DNA from: Podospora anserina
Lineage: Eukaryota
Direction of reading: 5' to 3'
NCBI GenBank assembly: GCA_017654855.1
Contig: JAFMPO010000001.1
Coordinates: forward strand, 1,116,001 to 1,180,000
Length of the DNA stretch: 64,000 nucleotides
Part shown: piece after piece, positions 1-11,645 of the stretch
How the letters are laid out: the number at the start of each line of letters is the position of its first letter
Numbering within the stretch: the first letter of the stretch is position 1
Translations under genes and position numbers: made by a program
The notes under the pieces: model-generated
Seen by the model: the letters and a program-made list of their open reading frames with translations, nothing else
Told to the model about the DNA's origin: nothing
Databases searched by the model: none

Positions 1-2
1 CC

Positions 3-3000
3 AACCTCCCGGTCGTCATCCATGTTGCGCTTGGTCCCAAGAGCTTCCCAGACTACTCGGCCATCACCTCCATCAGAAATTCGGGATGGACCTTCCTCCA
101 GTCCTGGTCCCTCCAGGAGGCTCAAGACATTGCGCTGACTGCTCATGCCTTGGCCATTCGCTCGGGCAAGGGTGTCATCCACTTCTTCGACCCCAGCTCC
201 GGTGCTGTTGCCGAGTCCATTGAGGGCGCGAGCGCCGACGTTGTCCGCGCTGTCCTCAACCTCGACAATGTGCGGAGGTTCCAGTCTGCGCCGATCTCGG
301 GGTCAGGGATCTACGCGGATGATGGGCGGGTCGCCGTGGTTTCTGAGCAGCCGGAACCCCTGGCTCTCTCTGGTGGAGTCACCGCCAACCAAGCAGGAGA
401 GGGTGAAGCAGAAACCCCTCTTCTTACCTCACAGTCGTCAGTCAAGTCCAGTCAACAGAGTGAGACCAGCACGCCACCAAGTGTATCCACTGCAACTACC
501 ATCGAGCCCGCAGCTCCCCTTGTGTCGTCCGAGGATATCTACAAGTACGTCACCGGCATCTGGGCTCAGCTCAACCAGCTTGTCGGCAGGCAATACAACG
601 CCTTCGAGTGGACGGGGTCACAATCGGCCGAAAACACCATCTTCCTCTTTGGCTCAGATGTTGCCTTGTTCTCTGACGCTATTGCCAAGGCACAGTCTGG
701 TGACTCCTTTGCCAACGCTGGCATCGTTGCTCCTAGACTTTACCGCCCGTGGCTGGGCGCCAAGTTGATCGATGCCCTTCCCAAATCTGTCAAGAGGGTG
801 GCAGTCCTTGAGCAGGTGTCGAGAAAGACCACAAAGTGGGGCCCCGTTCTCATCGATGTCTTGACTTCTGTCAAGAGTGCTGTTGGTGGTGTCGAGACTA
901 TTGTTGGGTACCAAATTGGCTACATCACCAAGGAAAGTGTCAAGCAAGCTTTGTCCGGTGTTTTCCAGAACTTGACTCTAGAAAAGCCTGTACAGAACTT
1001 GGAGGTTGGTGAGCGCGAGATTCCTCAGGAGACCTCCGAGTACGACCTTTCGAAGCCCAAGCTTGAGGTTTCTTATACCAAGATCCTCGATCAGTTGTTT
1101 GGAAGCAGAGCCTTTGTCGCCAACTCCCTCGATTCCGACAATGCCGGCGTCTCACGGACCATCTCGGCCACTCCCGAGTATGGTTTCGGCTCTCTCCTCG
1201 CCAGAAAGGAGCGCAGACAAAAGTTTGTTGCCGAGGTCAAGGAGGCCGCCAGCAATGGCCGTTTCCTGACTGAAGTTCCCAAGAGAGCCTTGGCCAAGTG
1301 GGTAGCTAGCGCTGACGATGCGAAGAAGTCTGAGGAGGCTGCCGAGGAGGTTGTTTCCAAGCTTACACTCGACAACTCGACGCCATCAAAGGCCCTGCTC
1401 CAGCACAAGGCATTCTTTCGCAAGCAGTCTCTTTGGCTTGTTGGGTCCGACGCCTGGGCTTATGACCTTGGCAACTCTGGCGTTCATCAGGTTCTGGCTT
1501 CGGGCGAAAATGTCAACCTGCTCATCATTGACTCGACCCCTTACTCTGAGCGCGCTGCCGCTGATGCGAACCGCAGAAAGAAGGACATTGGTCTCTATGC
1601 CATGAACTTTGGAAACGCTTACGTCGCCTCCACCGCCGTCTACAGCTCTTACACCCAGGTTCTTCAGGCTATGGATGAGGCCGACAAGTTCAATGGCCCC
1701 TCTATCGTTCTGGCTTATCTTCCCTACTTTGGTGAGCACGAGTCTCCTTTGACCGTTCTCACTGAGACCAAGAAGGCCGTGGACCTTGGTTACTGGCCTC
1801 TGTACCGGTGGAACCCCGAGAATGAGAAGAAGGGCGAGCCCAACTTCTCTCTTGACTCTGAGCGTATCAAGAAGGAGCTCAAGGCCTTCCTTGACAGAGA
1901 CAACCAGCTCACTCAGATGATGCGGAAGGAACCCCAGTTTGGTGCTGTTCTTGATCAGGACTTTGGTACTGAGATTCGCGCCCAGCAGAAGCGCAAGGCC
2001 AAGGATGCTTACAACCAGCTCTTGGAAGGTCTCTTCGGTGCGCCGTTGACCATTCTGTTTGGTTCTGATGGTGGCAACGCGCAGTCCCTCGCCAAGCGGT
2101 TGGGTACCAGGGGCCGTGCCCGTGGCCTGAAGACCACAGTCATGGCCATGGAGGACTACCCAGTCGAGGACTTGCCAACGGAGGAGAACATTGTCTTCAT
2201 CACCTCGACCGCCGGTCAGGGTGAGTTCCCCGTCAACGGCAAGCCTCTCTGGGATGCCATCAAGGACAGCACCGAGCTCGATCTTGCTTCCGTCAAGTAC
2301 TCCGTCTTCTCTCTTGGTGATAGCCACTACTGGCCCAGAAAGGAGGACAAGGTGTACTACAACAAGCCCGGAAAGGACCTCGATAGGGTTCTGGCCAACT
2401 TTGGCGGTTCCCGTCTGGCTCCTCTGGGTCTTGGTGATGACCAGGACCCAGATGGATACCAGACCGGCTACTCCGAGTGGGAGCCCAAGCTTTGGGAAGC
2501 CCTCGGCGTGTCAAAGGTCGATGGCCTCCCAGATGAGCCTCCCCCGATCACCAACGAGGACATCAAGATCGCCTCCAACTTCCTGCGTGGTACCATCGCC
2601 GAGGAGCTCTTGGACACATCTACCGGCGCCATCTCGGCTTCCAACCAGCAACTGACCAAGTTCCACGGCACATACATGCAGGATGATCGTGATGTCCGTG
2701 ACGAGCGCAAGGCCCAGGGTCTTGAGCCAGCCTACTCATTCATGATTCGCTGCAGACTTCCCGGCGGTGTCTCGACACCAAAGCAGTGGATCCAGATGGA
2801 CGACATTGCCAACGAGCTCGGAAACGAGACCATGAAGTTGACCACCCGTCAAACCTTCCAGTTCCACGGCGTCGTCAAGGCCAAGCTCAAGCCTGCCATG
2901 CAAGCCATCAACCGGGCTCTCATGGACACCCTTGCCGCCTGCGGTGATGTCAACCGTAACGTCATGTGCAGTCCTCTTCCTTCGCAGTCTGCCTACCATC

Positions 3001-4271
3001 GTGAGGTTTACTACTGGTCCAAGAAGATCAGCGAGCATCTTCTTCCATCGACTACCGCTTACCACGAGATCTGGCTCACCGACTACGACGGAAAGAAGAC
3101 GCAGGTCGCTGGTGACGCCGTCCAGGACTTTGAGCCCCTTTATGGACCTACTTACCTCCCCCGCAAGTTCAAGATCTCGATCGCCATCCCCCCACACAAC
3201 GATGTTGACGTGTACGCTCACGATATCGGCCTGATTGCCATCAAGGGTAACGACGGACATCTGCTTGGCTTCAACCTTCTTGTTGGTGGTGGTATGGGTA
3301 CCACTCACAACAACAAGAAGACGTATCCCCAAACCGGTCGCATGCTTGGTTTCGTCAAGGCTGACCAGACCCATATCGCCTGTGAGAAGGTCATGCTCGT
3401 CCAACGCGACCACGGTGACCGCAAGAACCGCAAGCACGCCAGATTGAAGTACACCGTTGACGATCTGACTGTCGATGTCTTCAGGTCCAAGGTTGAGGAA
3501 CTTTGGGGTCAGCCGTTCCTGCCTGCCAAGCCCTTCCACTTTGACAGCAATGTCGACACCTTTGGCTGGCTCAAGGATGAGACTGGCATGAACCACTTCA
3601 CCATGTTCATTGAGAACGGCCGTATCGAGGACACTGCCGACTTCCAGATGAAGACTGGCCTCAGGGAGATTGCCAAGGTTCATAAGGGCGAGTTCCGCCT
3701 CACCCCCAACCAGCATCTTATCCTCAGCAACGTTGCTGACGAGGATCTGGACACCCTCAAGAAACTTCTCGCCCAGTACAAGCTTGACAACCTCCACTTC
3801 TCCGCCCTCCGTCTCTCTTCTTCCGCCTGCGTTGCCTTCCCCACCTGCGGTCTCGCCATGGCCGAGTCTGAGCGCTACCTCCCGGTGCTGATCTCCAAGC
3901 TGGAGGCCTGCCTCGAGGAGAACGGCCTCAGGCAAGACAGCATCGTCATGCGCATGACCGGTTGTCCCAACGGTTGCGCCCGCCCCTGGTTGGCCGAGGT
4001 TGCCTTTGTCGGCAAGGCCTACGGTGCTTACAACATGTATCTCGGTGGTGGGTACCACGGCCAGAGACTCAACAAGCTCTACCGCAGCAGCATCAAGGAG
4101 GACGAGATTCTCGAGATCATGAGGGGCTTGCTCAGCCGGTACGCCAAGGAGAGGGAGCAGGGCGAAAGATTTGGTGACTGGACCATCCGTGCCGGCATCA
4201 TCAAGGCTACCACCGATGGCCGCAACTTCCACGAGGGTGTTGCCGAGGAGGAGGAGGAGGCAGAGGAGTGA
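3..4271 (+). CDS. MET5: Sulfite reductase (NADPH) beta/hemoprotein subunit, 5'-truncated by the window edge
   Basis: Frame is open from position 3 to TGA at 4269-4271. It has PFOR-like N-terminal regions, a flavodoxin motif (LFGSDGGNAQSLA, TSTAGQGEFP), and siroheme/4Fe-4S cysteines (CVAFPTC, GCPNGC) with the LPRKFK motif. Confidence 0.95.
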   Translation, partial: NLPVVIHVALGPKSFPDYSAITSIRNSGWTFLQSWSLQEAQDIALTAHALAIRSGKGVIHFFDPSSGAVAESIEGASADVVRAVLNLDNVRRFQSAPISGSGIYADDGRVAVVSEQPEPLALSGGVTANQAGEGEAETPLLTSQSSVKSSQQSETSTPPSVSTATTIEPAAPLVSSEDIYKYVTGIWAQLNQLVGRQYNAFEWTGSQSAENTIFLFGSDVALFSDAIAKAQSGDSFANAGIVAPRLYRPWLGAKLIDALPKSVKRVAVLEQVSRKTTKWGPVLIDVLTSVKSAVGGVETIVGYQIGYITKESVKQALSGVFQNLTLEKPVQNLEVGEREIPQETSEYDLSKPKLEVSYTKILDQLFGSRAFVANSLDSDNAGVSRTISATPEYGFGSLLARKERRQKFVAEVKEAASNGRFLTEVPKRALAKWVASADDAKKSEEAAEEVVSKLTLDNSTPSKALLQHKAFFRKQSLWLVGSDAWAYDLGNSGVHQVLASGENVNLLIIDSTPYSERAAADANRRKKDIGLYAMNFGNAYVASTAVYSSYTQVLQAMDEADKFNGPSIVLAYLPYFGEHESPLTVLTETKKAVDLGYWPLYRWNPENEKKGEPNFSLDSERIKKELKAFLDRDNQLTQMMRKEPQFGAVLDQDFGTEIRAQQKRKAKDAYNQLLEGLFGAPLTILFGSDGGNAQSLAKRLGTRGRARGLKTTVMAMEDYPVEDLPTEENIVFITSTAGQGEFPVNGKPLWDAIKDSTELDLASVKYSVFSLGDSHYWPRKEDKVYYNKPGKDLDRVLANFGGSRLAPLGLGDDQDPDGYQTGYSEWEPKLWEALGVSKVDGLPDEPPPITNEDIKIASNFLRGTIAEELLDTSTGAISASNQQLTKFHGTYMQDDRDVRDERKAQGLEPAYSFMIRCRLPGGVSTPKQWIQMDDIANELGNETMKLTTRQTFQFHGVVKAKLKPAMQAINRALMDTLAACGDVNRNVMCSPLPSQSAYHREVYYWSKKISEHLLPSTTAYHEIWLTDYDGKKTQVAGDAVQDFEPLYGPTYLPRKFKISIAIPPHNDVDVYAHDIGLIAIKGNDGHLLGFNLLVGGGMGTTHNNKKTYPQTGRMLGFVKADQTHIACEKVMLVQRDHGDRKNRKHARLKYTVDDLTVDVFRSKVEELWGQPFLPAKPFHFDSNVDTFGWLKDETGMNHFTMFIENGRIEDTADFQMKTGLREIAKVHKGEFRLTPNQHLILSNVADEDLDTLKKLLAQYKLDNLHFSALRLSSSACVAFPTCGLAMAESERYLPVLISKLEACLEENGLRQDSIVMRMTGCPNGCARPWLAEVAFVGKAYGAYNMYLGGGYHGQRLNKLYRSSIKEDEILEIMRGLLSRYAKEREQGERFGDWTIRAGIIKATTDGRNFHEGVAEEEEEAEE

Positions 4272-5145
4272 TTTTTGGATACACAGAATATGGAACAGAA
4301 AATGAGCAACGAGCAGGAGTCATGTAAATAGGGGATATTGGAGGGATGGCTTTTTGTCTACATTGCGAGCGCATTGCATGTTTTATTCTTCTTTTATTTG
4401 TTTGGTGTCAAAATAGGCGTTAAAAACAATTTGATTTGCTGTCTGAAACGATTCTAAATGTGCTTTGAAGTGCCTTGGGTTGCTTGGTTTCGCTGACACG
4501 GTCTGATAAAATAATGTTGCAAGTAAGGAGCCAAAATCGGGACTGTAACACTCTTTCAGATGCCTCCGTAAGCAAAGTAATAGAGATTCTCATGACACCA
4601 ACACCCCTTAATTCGGTATCTTGACAGCCCCCTCAACTATCTTCAAAATAAATTATGTTGAAATGTGGTTAGACCTCCTGATTATCTTCAAGGGCCTATT
4701 AGCTTTCTGTCTCCAATGCCCCCCTTCCCTTCCCAAGTCTCCGTTCTTGATTTCATGACATGGCTGGTGAGACTTCTGAGCAGACCCGTTCATGACATGT
4801 CAAGTCACAGCAAAGTTCCACACATTTATTCCCCTTAAGCTGTAGAAGGGCATCAAAAGTACCATAAGAAAGGGTATTATGTACCTAACGAAAAGCTAGA
4901 AACCAAACAAAGACAAAACAATTATTACCTCCCGCCCAGTTCGTCGTCAAAATTTGTCTATCATACATGACTTGATCATTCATTTCCATACACACATTTC
5001 TTTCATCTTTCCCTCATGCTTTTTTTCTCTCCTCACATAAACGCCCAAAAACACCTGCCCATCCTTCTTCTGTTGTCTAAACATGACAAAAAGCAAGCGT
5101 GCAAAAGAGAGAGAGAGGAGGGGAAGGTGGCGAATGATGAAACCA

Positions 5146-8100
5146 TCACCTCCTAACACTATTAGCAACCCCCTCTCCGATATCTCTCGCTCCGTCCCTC
5201 ATCTTCTCAATCAAACCCCTAGCCCAGTTGGGCACTGCGAACTTTGCTTTGACCCTGCCCTCCACCACCATGTTGATCAAGTTGATGATGGCAAAAGTCG
5301 TGCTCCCCAGGGCTCTGAAGGCCGCCAACGCGGCGACAGACCAGAGAATGAAGCGCAGGTAAAAGTTGTCGCCAATGCCACTGCTGCCATAGATTTCACT
5401 GACTGCCATGGCGAGCGTGGCGTTGGCCACCAACCAGGAAACAACCATGTAGGTACGGACCGACTTGTAGTAATCCTCCTGCAGCTGCGCGTCCGAGGGT
5501 GGCTTCTCGGGCACTTCAATTCTATCTCTGAGGTTGCGGAGGGCCTCGTCGTATCCAGAGTCGATGTCCAACTGCTCAGAGGGCATTTCCAACTCGACAG
5601 TCGAACCGGACCCCTTGCCGACGGCACCACCGAGATCCGTCTTCATGACGTTGTCGCCCTTTGTTCCCCAGGTGACGTCGTGGGTGTTGCAAAAGGCGTA
5701 GATTTGCAAAGTGCAAATGTACGAGGGCAGGAGAATCAGGTACGGGACGAAGGAGGTGAACATGTGCCAGGGGTCGAGGTACATGAAGGACATGACAAAG
5801 TAGAGACCAATAGTCGAGGCTGTCGAGACGATCATGTTGGTGAAGACGTTGTTGCCCATCTCGAGCTCGGACTTGTCCTTGTCCTCCTTCTTAGGGGAGA
5901 GCTGGTGGACGACAATCCAAATCGAGGCGAACAGCGTGTAGATCATGATGACAGCGTAGATGATCATGGACGCGAGGTACATCTTGCGGGAACCCTGGGG
6001 ACGGTTGCCGAGAGACAGGATGAACTGGGTCGAGATCAATAGAACACAGATATACCGGAGGATGGTGAAGATGTAGAGGGCAGCTTTGCCGTCGGCGTCG
6101 AAAGGTGTGACGTGGGGATCGGCAAGACCACCGGCGATGAAGTAGAAGGTGAGGTAGAAATTGGCGAGGGAGAAGTAGGTGAAGAGGAGTTGCAGGAGCT
6201 GATACAAGAACTCAATGTGCAGCAGCACCTTGCGGGCAATGGTGTGGTCGGTGAGCCAGATCTGCTTGAAATGCACCAGGGAATACACAGCGGCGAAGAA
6301 CGCTCCGTTCAGCCAGCGACGACGCTGGGAGACGAACTCGGGGACGGTGTCTTGGGGGTGTTAGCGATATCCCCTTATCAAAACAAAGCGGCAAAAGAAG
6401 GGGCTTACCAGGCACATCTGTCTCACCCGTGCAACCTTTGACGTACTTCAACACCCATCTCTCGCCGCGTTTGGCAACCAGCTCCCAGCACAAGATTCTG
6501 TCCTCGGCCAAGTACATGTTGGCGGTAAACACGTCGGCGTGCTGTCCATGGAGCGTCTCTCCCTTGAAGTACTGGCTCAGTGGCCCGTGCCCCGTTTCGT
6601 CATTCTGGAGCGCATGGTATCGGTACGCACTCAGGGCGCCAGGCAACACGGTGATGTAGCCAAACACCGACTCCAACGGTTTGTCCAGAATATTGGACAT
6701 TTTGTATTCGAAATTCTGTGACGCAACCAGCGGATTCAACAGATTGACTCCGTATTTACCTTTCATTGCTTTAATCTCTCCGCAAGCGCCGGCAACGTTC
6801 GAGTCGGTATCGAATGCCTTCCACAGGTGATATAGCGAGTTGCTCCCAGGCTTGGTTCCGACATCCAGCAAGATACACACGTTTGGGTTTAGCGCCTTGC
6901 CAAATGCGTTGAAGAACCATCTATGCGAGTTTAACTTCTTGGCGTTCTTTTCCTTCAAGCAAAAGATCATTTGGCAGGGCACTATCCCCTTCTCGGCGCC
7001 CTTGAACTTGAGATCCGAATCCAGAGAAACCTGCGTGGTGTACTCGTACACGTGGGCGGTGCAGTTGTGAACCACGGTGCGATCTGCAAGCTGGAAGAGC
7101 TCTCCCGAGACCTCGATGAGGCGGAACTCGCCGTCGCCGGCGTCCTCGACGTCGAAGGGCCGTACGTCCCTGTTCTTAGACGTGGTGAACGGGATCGTCA
7201 TGCGCTTTCGAGGGAGGAGGAGGTGAGGCTGGAACTTCTCCACCCCTCTGCCCATATAAAAGAACCAGCCAGGCTCAGGGCGGTCCTTACCATTCTTCCG
7301 TTCGAAGATAGGGTTACACTGGATCCCGCAGGAGAGGGCTAACTTGCGGGCGTCCTCAACAAGCTTCTTGAGCTCGTAGGTGTACTGGCCAAAGCCGTAA
7401 CAGTTGAGACCGTGAGAAAGCCATCCGTCGGATTCGATGAGGCCTGCGAGAACAGCCAGGCGCGTATTCTCGTCCGCGTTCATGTAGCAGTCGGGGATGC
7501 CACCGCTCTTGTCTCCCAGCAGGCCGAGTTCTCTGAGGCCGTCGTGAACAGGGTTCCAGTGTGTCTTGTCAAGGTTGCTTACAGTGCTCATAACACGCAA
7601 ACGATGAGCGACCTTTGTTGTCTTGATTTCTTCTCCCTTGTAGACGTGTTTTGTGCCGATATCAATCTTGTACTTGGATACTTTGAGAGGCGCTTTTCCA
7701 GGAGGGATACTATCACGGTTCAGGCGGTCGACGAGTGCCTGCGTGTAGACCTCGACCTCCGGATCCGTACTGGTAATCTCACTGTTGTTCTTAGTGCCAT
7801 TACCAAGCCAGAAACCAAACCAAAATGGGTCGATTGGGACAGGTGACACTGAACCCTGATACGGCTGGAACCTCAGGGGCGACCGATATAGTCTTAGCTT
7901 GCTCTTATGCTGCGTCATCGGAGCTGTGCAGGTTGCCTGATACTCCTCCAGCGTCATCGTGAACACCTCCATGTCCTGGACGGCGCAGGGGTCAACCACA
8001 CGGTAGTGATCTCCTGATAGCAGCTCAAGAGCGAGGTCGGCTTGCTCTGAGGTTTCGAAGACAGTCGATACCCTCCGAAGGCCCTTGCAGGACAGATTCT

Positions 8101-10696
8101 GACACTTGCACTTCGGATCACGCACTGCGAGCTTGCTCCGGACAGGGGCGAACATCTCCCTGTGGTCGTCCTCAGTGAGTACAGACGCGTACGTCGGCAC
8201 GGTCGACTGTGAGGCCTCGTTTTGAGACTGCTGTTGGCTGTTAACAGGAGACGACTTGATGGAAGGAGACTGGCGGAAAGTCTTGTCCGAGATGCGGGAA
8301 GACAGCGTGCTGATAGTGCCAATCTTTCTCTTCCGGTTGGTATCAAGATCGATGATCAAGTCGTCGTTGTCCTCGTCAGAGATATCCTCTGGCTCAGGTA
8401 TCATGTGCTCAAGATAGTCCTCCATGTGCTGCTGTAGCAGCATCAATACTACCGATTCATCCTCACCGTCGACGTCCACGTCCATAGCCTTGAGCTTGGC
8501 CAGCAGCTTGATGAGAACAGGACTCTGATATGTCTCTTCAACCCTCTGAGAGTCATCATCTTCAGAATCGGGGACAACTCTCGTAGACGTGATGGCCTTC
8601 AGGTACTTGCGGACCTCAGCATCAGTCGGACGGCGACCCAGCTGCTCACGGTATTCGGTATACAGATCATGCATGGCTGCATCCCACTTGATCTCAACCG
8701 CATCGGCCCCAAGCTCGGTTCGATCGCAACGAGTCCACCACGTAACACGGTTGCTGTTCGAATGCCTGAAGGGCTTGACACCATAAGCCACCAGGGTCAT
8801 GATATGGTCCGGCGTACAGGTGAAGGACGACTTGCTGACGCTGTTGTACCCGGTGTAGGTAACCTTCATCATGCGGGAGGTCTGAATAGCCTCAGCAGCT
8901 AGGCACTGGACGGGTCGGTCCTCGTGGTCGAAGAGCTGGTCTCCTACAGCGATGTCTCGGATGGGCTTGTCACCATTGGTGGTGCGGACCATCGTGTCTG
9001 GAGAGAGACACGTCTTCTGGTTGACGTAATTCTTTGCGATGCCGTGCTGGTAGACGCCCATGGCTGCCAAGGCGTCGAGTGTGCGAGGGTGAATCTTTTC
9101 TCGTCCATCAGACACCACACACACAACGATTTTCTGCCATCCGTTCTCTCCCCACGTTCGTGACTTGTTACGGCTGCAAAAGTGGGAGATGTTCTTCATG
9201 ACAGCGTGCATCGTGCGCGTGAAGCCATACTCGTCTTCGTTGTACATGGTGATGCAAATAAACAATTCCGTCTCGCGGGCGGTCCGGCCAATGTTCTGAC
9301 GCAGCTTGTAGCCCCTTTCAACAAAGTCGTCTGGGTCGCAGGTCACGGCCGTGTAGCGCATATGAGTAAACTCGATTTCGTCGCGGCGCGGGAGGAATGA
9401 GTACAAGATGGTGGGGATCTTGCACTCCAACACGAGTTCACCATTGATAAGCTGCACCTCTCTCTTGCTCATTTGGGGGGCGCGGACACCACGGCGCTCC
9501 TGTCGCCCCTCTGCCGGTGCTGGAACGTAGCGGTCAGCCTTCTCACGAACATCACCATCTTCATCGTAATATTCATTCTCGTTCAGGGTCATTTGATCTG
9601 CCGAGTAGGATGAGTGGGTATGATGGTGCCGTCTGTTGTCAGTGACGTCTGACTCGGGGCCAAAGGGATCGTCGTGATGGCTGGCAAGTGGGATGTTGAC
9701 TGTTGCATCATCGTGAAAGCTGGTCGTCGACTGCATGCCCCTCGTTGGACTGTTGTACATTGGGGCACGGGGAAGGGGTCGGCGCGGAGAGCCTCCGTAG
9801 ACGGTGGAAGGGGTTCCTGGGCGGGGGGCTCCATTGATATCGGCGGGCTCGAACCTGTGGCTGTGTGGTGGTGGGTGGCCGCGTGGAGGGGAATACTCGG
9901 GGGATGATGCTCGTGAAGGGCCCCAACTGCTCTCGTTCATGCTACTCTGATCATACGAAACATACGACTCGGTCGGTGGGTGCATTCGGAGGGGCGGGTC
10001 GAGAATAGAGGACCGTGAATCAATCGATGGTTCGTATGGCTGTCGTCTTCTGCCTCTGTTTTCATTTTCTTGTGAGCCTCTCATCCATACTCTTGACGGC
10101 ACTTGTGGGCTGGGTAGTTGTCTAAGAAATTGTGAATCCGGTGGAGAGCTGCCTGGTGATGTTGCGGCTGTTTCACATCTCGCCTGAAACTGGCGTAACG
10201 ACTTCCTGCGGGGAGAAGGCCCTTCAGGCAGGACAGGAAGGTCCTCGGGAACGACGACAGGGTGGACCGAAGGGGTGAACTTTTTTCTTCTCTGAAGCCT
10301 GAATTTTGGAGTGGCGGGCTGCTGACTACCTGTCTGCATTGTGGCCGGTTTGAAGACATCGGGCGCAGTCCCGATGATGAGAGCGCCGTCTTGTTCTTTG
10401 AGGGCATCGACGTCCACACAAAAGTCGCCGTTGGATCTGGGGGGCAAGGAAAGAGGGGGGGGAATAGAAACGGGTGGTAACACATACGGCCTCTCATGCC
10501 TATCAGATTCCTGATAATCACTAGGGTCCTCCATATCCGTCAACAGCCTGACATTAGAACCGTGGCCATGCGCGGTGCCCATGCCAGTGGTGCTCGATTC
10601 GTGGTGGACATCATCGTAAGCTGGCAGCATGTACTCGGGCGGTACTGGTACGCGTCCGCCTGGCGGGGAGTTGGGCCTGCCGAGCCTGTTGTCCAT
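5146..10696 (-). CDS. CHS2: Chitin synthase (class I/II, CHS2-like) containing an intein
   Basis: Motifs [35 protein letters not shown], and QRRRWLNG once intron 6351-6408 (GTAAGC...CTAAC...AAG) is removed; C-terminal TM region with [12 protein letters not shown] at 10696 (MDNRLG) is a best guess. Possible further intron at 10056-10487. Confidence 0.95.
7064..9010 (-). mobile_element. Intein with LAGLIDADG homing endonuclease (649 aa) in chitin synthase
   Basis: In-frame 1947-nt insertion between KNYVNQKT and [11 protein letters not shown]. Block A CLSPDTMV, block [19 protein letters not shown]-like [10 protein letters not shown] and [12 protein letters not shown], block G TVVHN followed by Cys+1. 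Confidence 0.97.
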
Positions 10697-11645
10697 TGCG
10701 CTTCCTCTCTCAAGAAATCTCAAGGTCGGGCGTGATGGCGCGCAGCCGAGGAATGTGTCTCACGGACACGCGGCACGCTGGAGACAAAGCCAGAGTTGTG
10801 TTGAAAAGTCCAGTGGGGATTGCTGGGAATGTTTGTTAGCTACCAGACGTGTCAAGGAACCGGCGCAAACTTACAACGAGGCGGTCGCAAAGAAGCCGTT
10901 GAATGGCGTGCAGCGTGGAGCAAATGCAAGTTGAAAATGGGGTACACTTGAACAAAGCGCAGAGGAGAGCTTTGAACGGGGCTGCGGGCTCAATACATGG
11001 GATTCTGCAAATCCAGCGTGTGCGCTTCGTTGGGTCGTAATGTTGTCTCCCTTACTTCCCCGCTGTTGCTGGGGCAACTCCACTTTGCTGGGGTTCGGTG
11101 TCGTGCTGTAGCGGCTGCACGGGCCAATGACAGGGCCGTTTAGGTGGACCTGTGCCTTGAAAAGGTGGGGCTTGGCGCGTGGAGGCCCGCCGATGGTGTG
11201 GTTGATCAGTTTGCTGCAGAAGAGTCGCCGTTCATCGACCGCATGGATTGGCCTGTGCGATGATTCGGAAACAATACCCGTGGAGATGTCGAATGCTGGA
11301 ATGGAAACCAGCAAAGTGAAATAAGTGAGGGATGTATGTCAACCGACGTGATTTGAGGCGGAGTGAGAACGAGAAGGCTATGTTGCTCTACCGATGTCGT
11401 AGTGCTGAATAACAGGAGGTTGGGAAGACCAAATAAGGGACCTAGCTCAAGGTGCTTGCGTGGTCTGGTGAAACTGGCAGGGGTCGTCCGCAGGTGTCTC
11501 CATGCCTGTGGCATCATCATTCAGGGCACTGTTGTTCCTTCCTGGTGTATAGAACCCGGAGCAGTCGCGACCTATTTACGGTTACTCCTTCCTCAGCCAA
11601 TCCAGATGACACACCGCCTTGATCCATGAGTTATTGCACTCGATA

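Noticed and set aside
1386-4232. Long minus-strand ORFs (313 aa, 498 aa) opposite the sulfite reductase
   Set aside because: Antisense shadows produced by the codon bias of a highly expressed gene; no recognisable motifs.
5083-6042. 319-aa plus-strand ORF
   Set aside because: Antisense to the chitin synthase TM exon.
7064-9010. Interpretation of the insertion as a spliceosomal or group I intron
   Set aside because: No GT...AG ends at the homology breakpoints, the frame is open throughout, and the protein-splicing residues sit exactly at both junctions.
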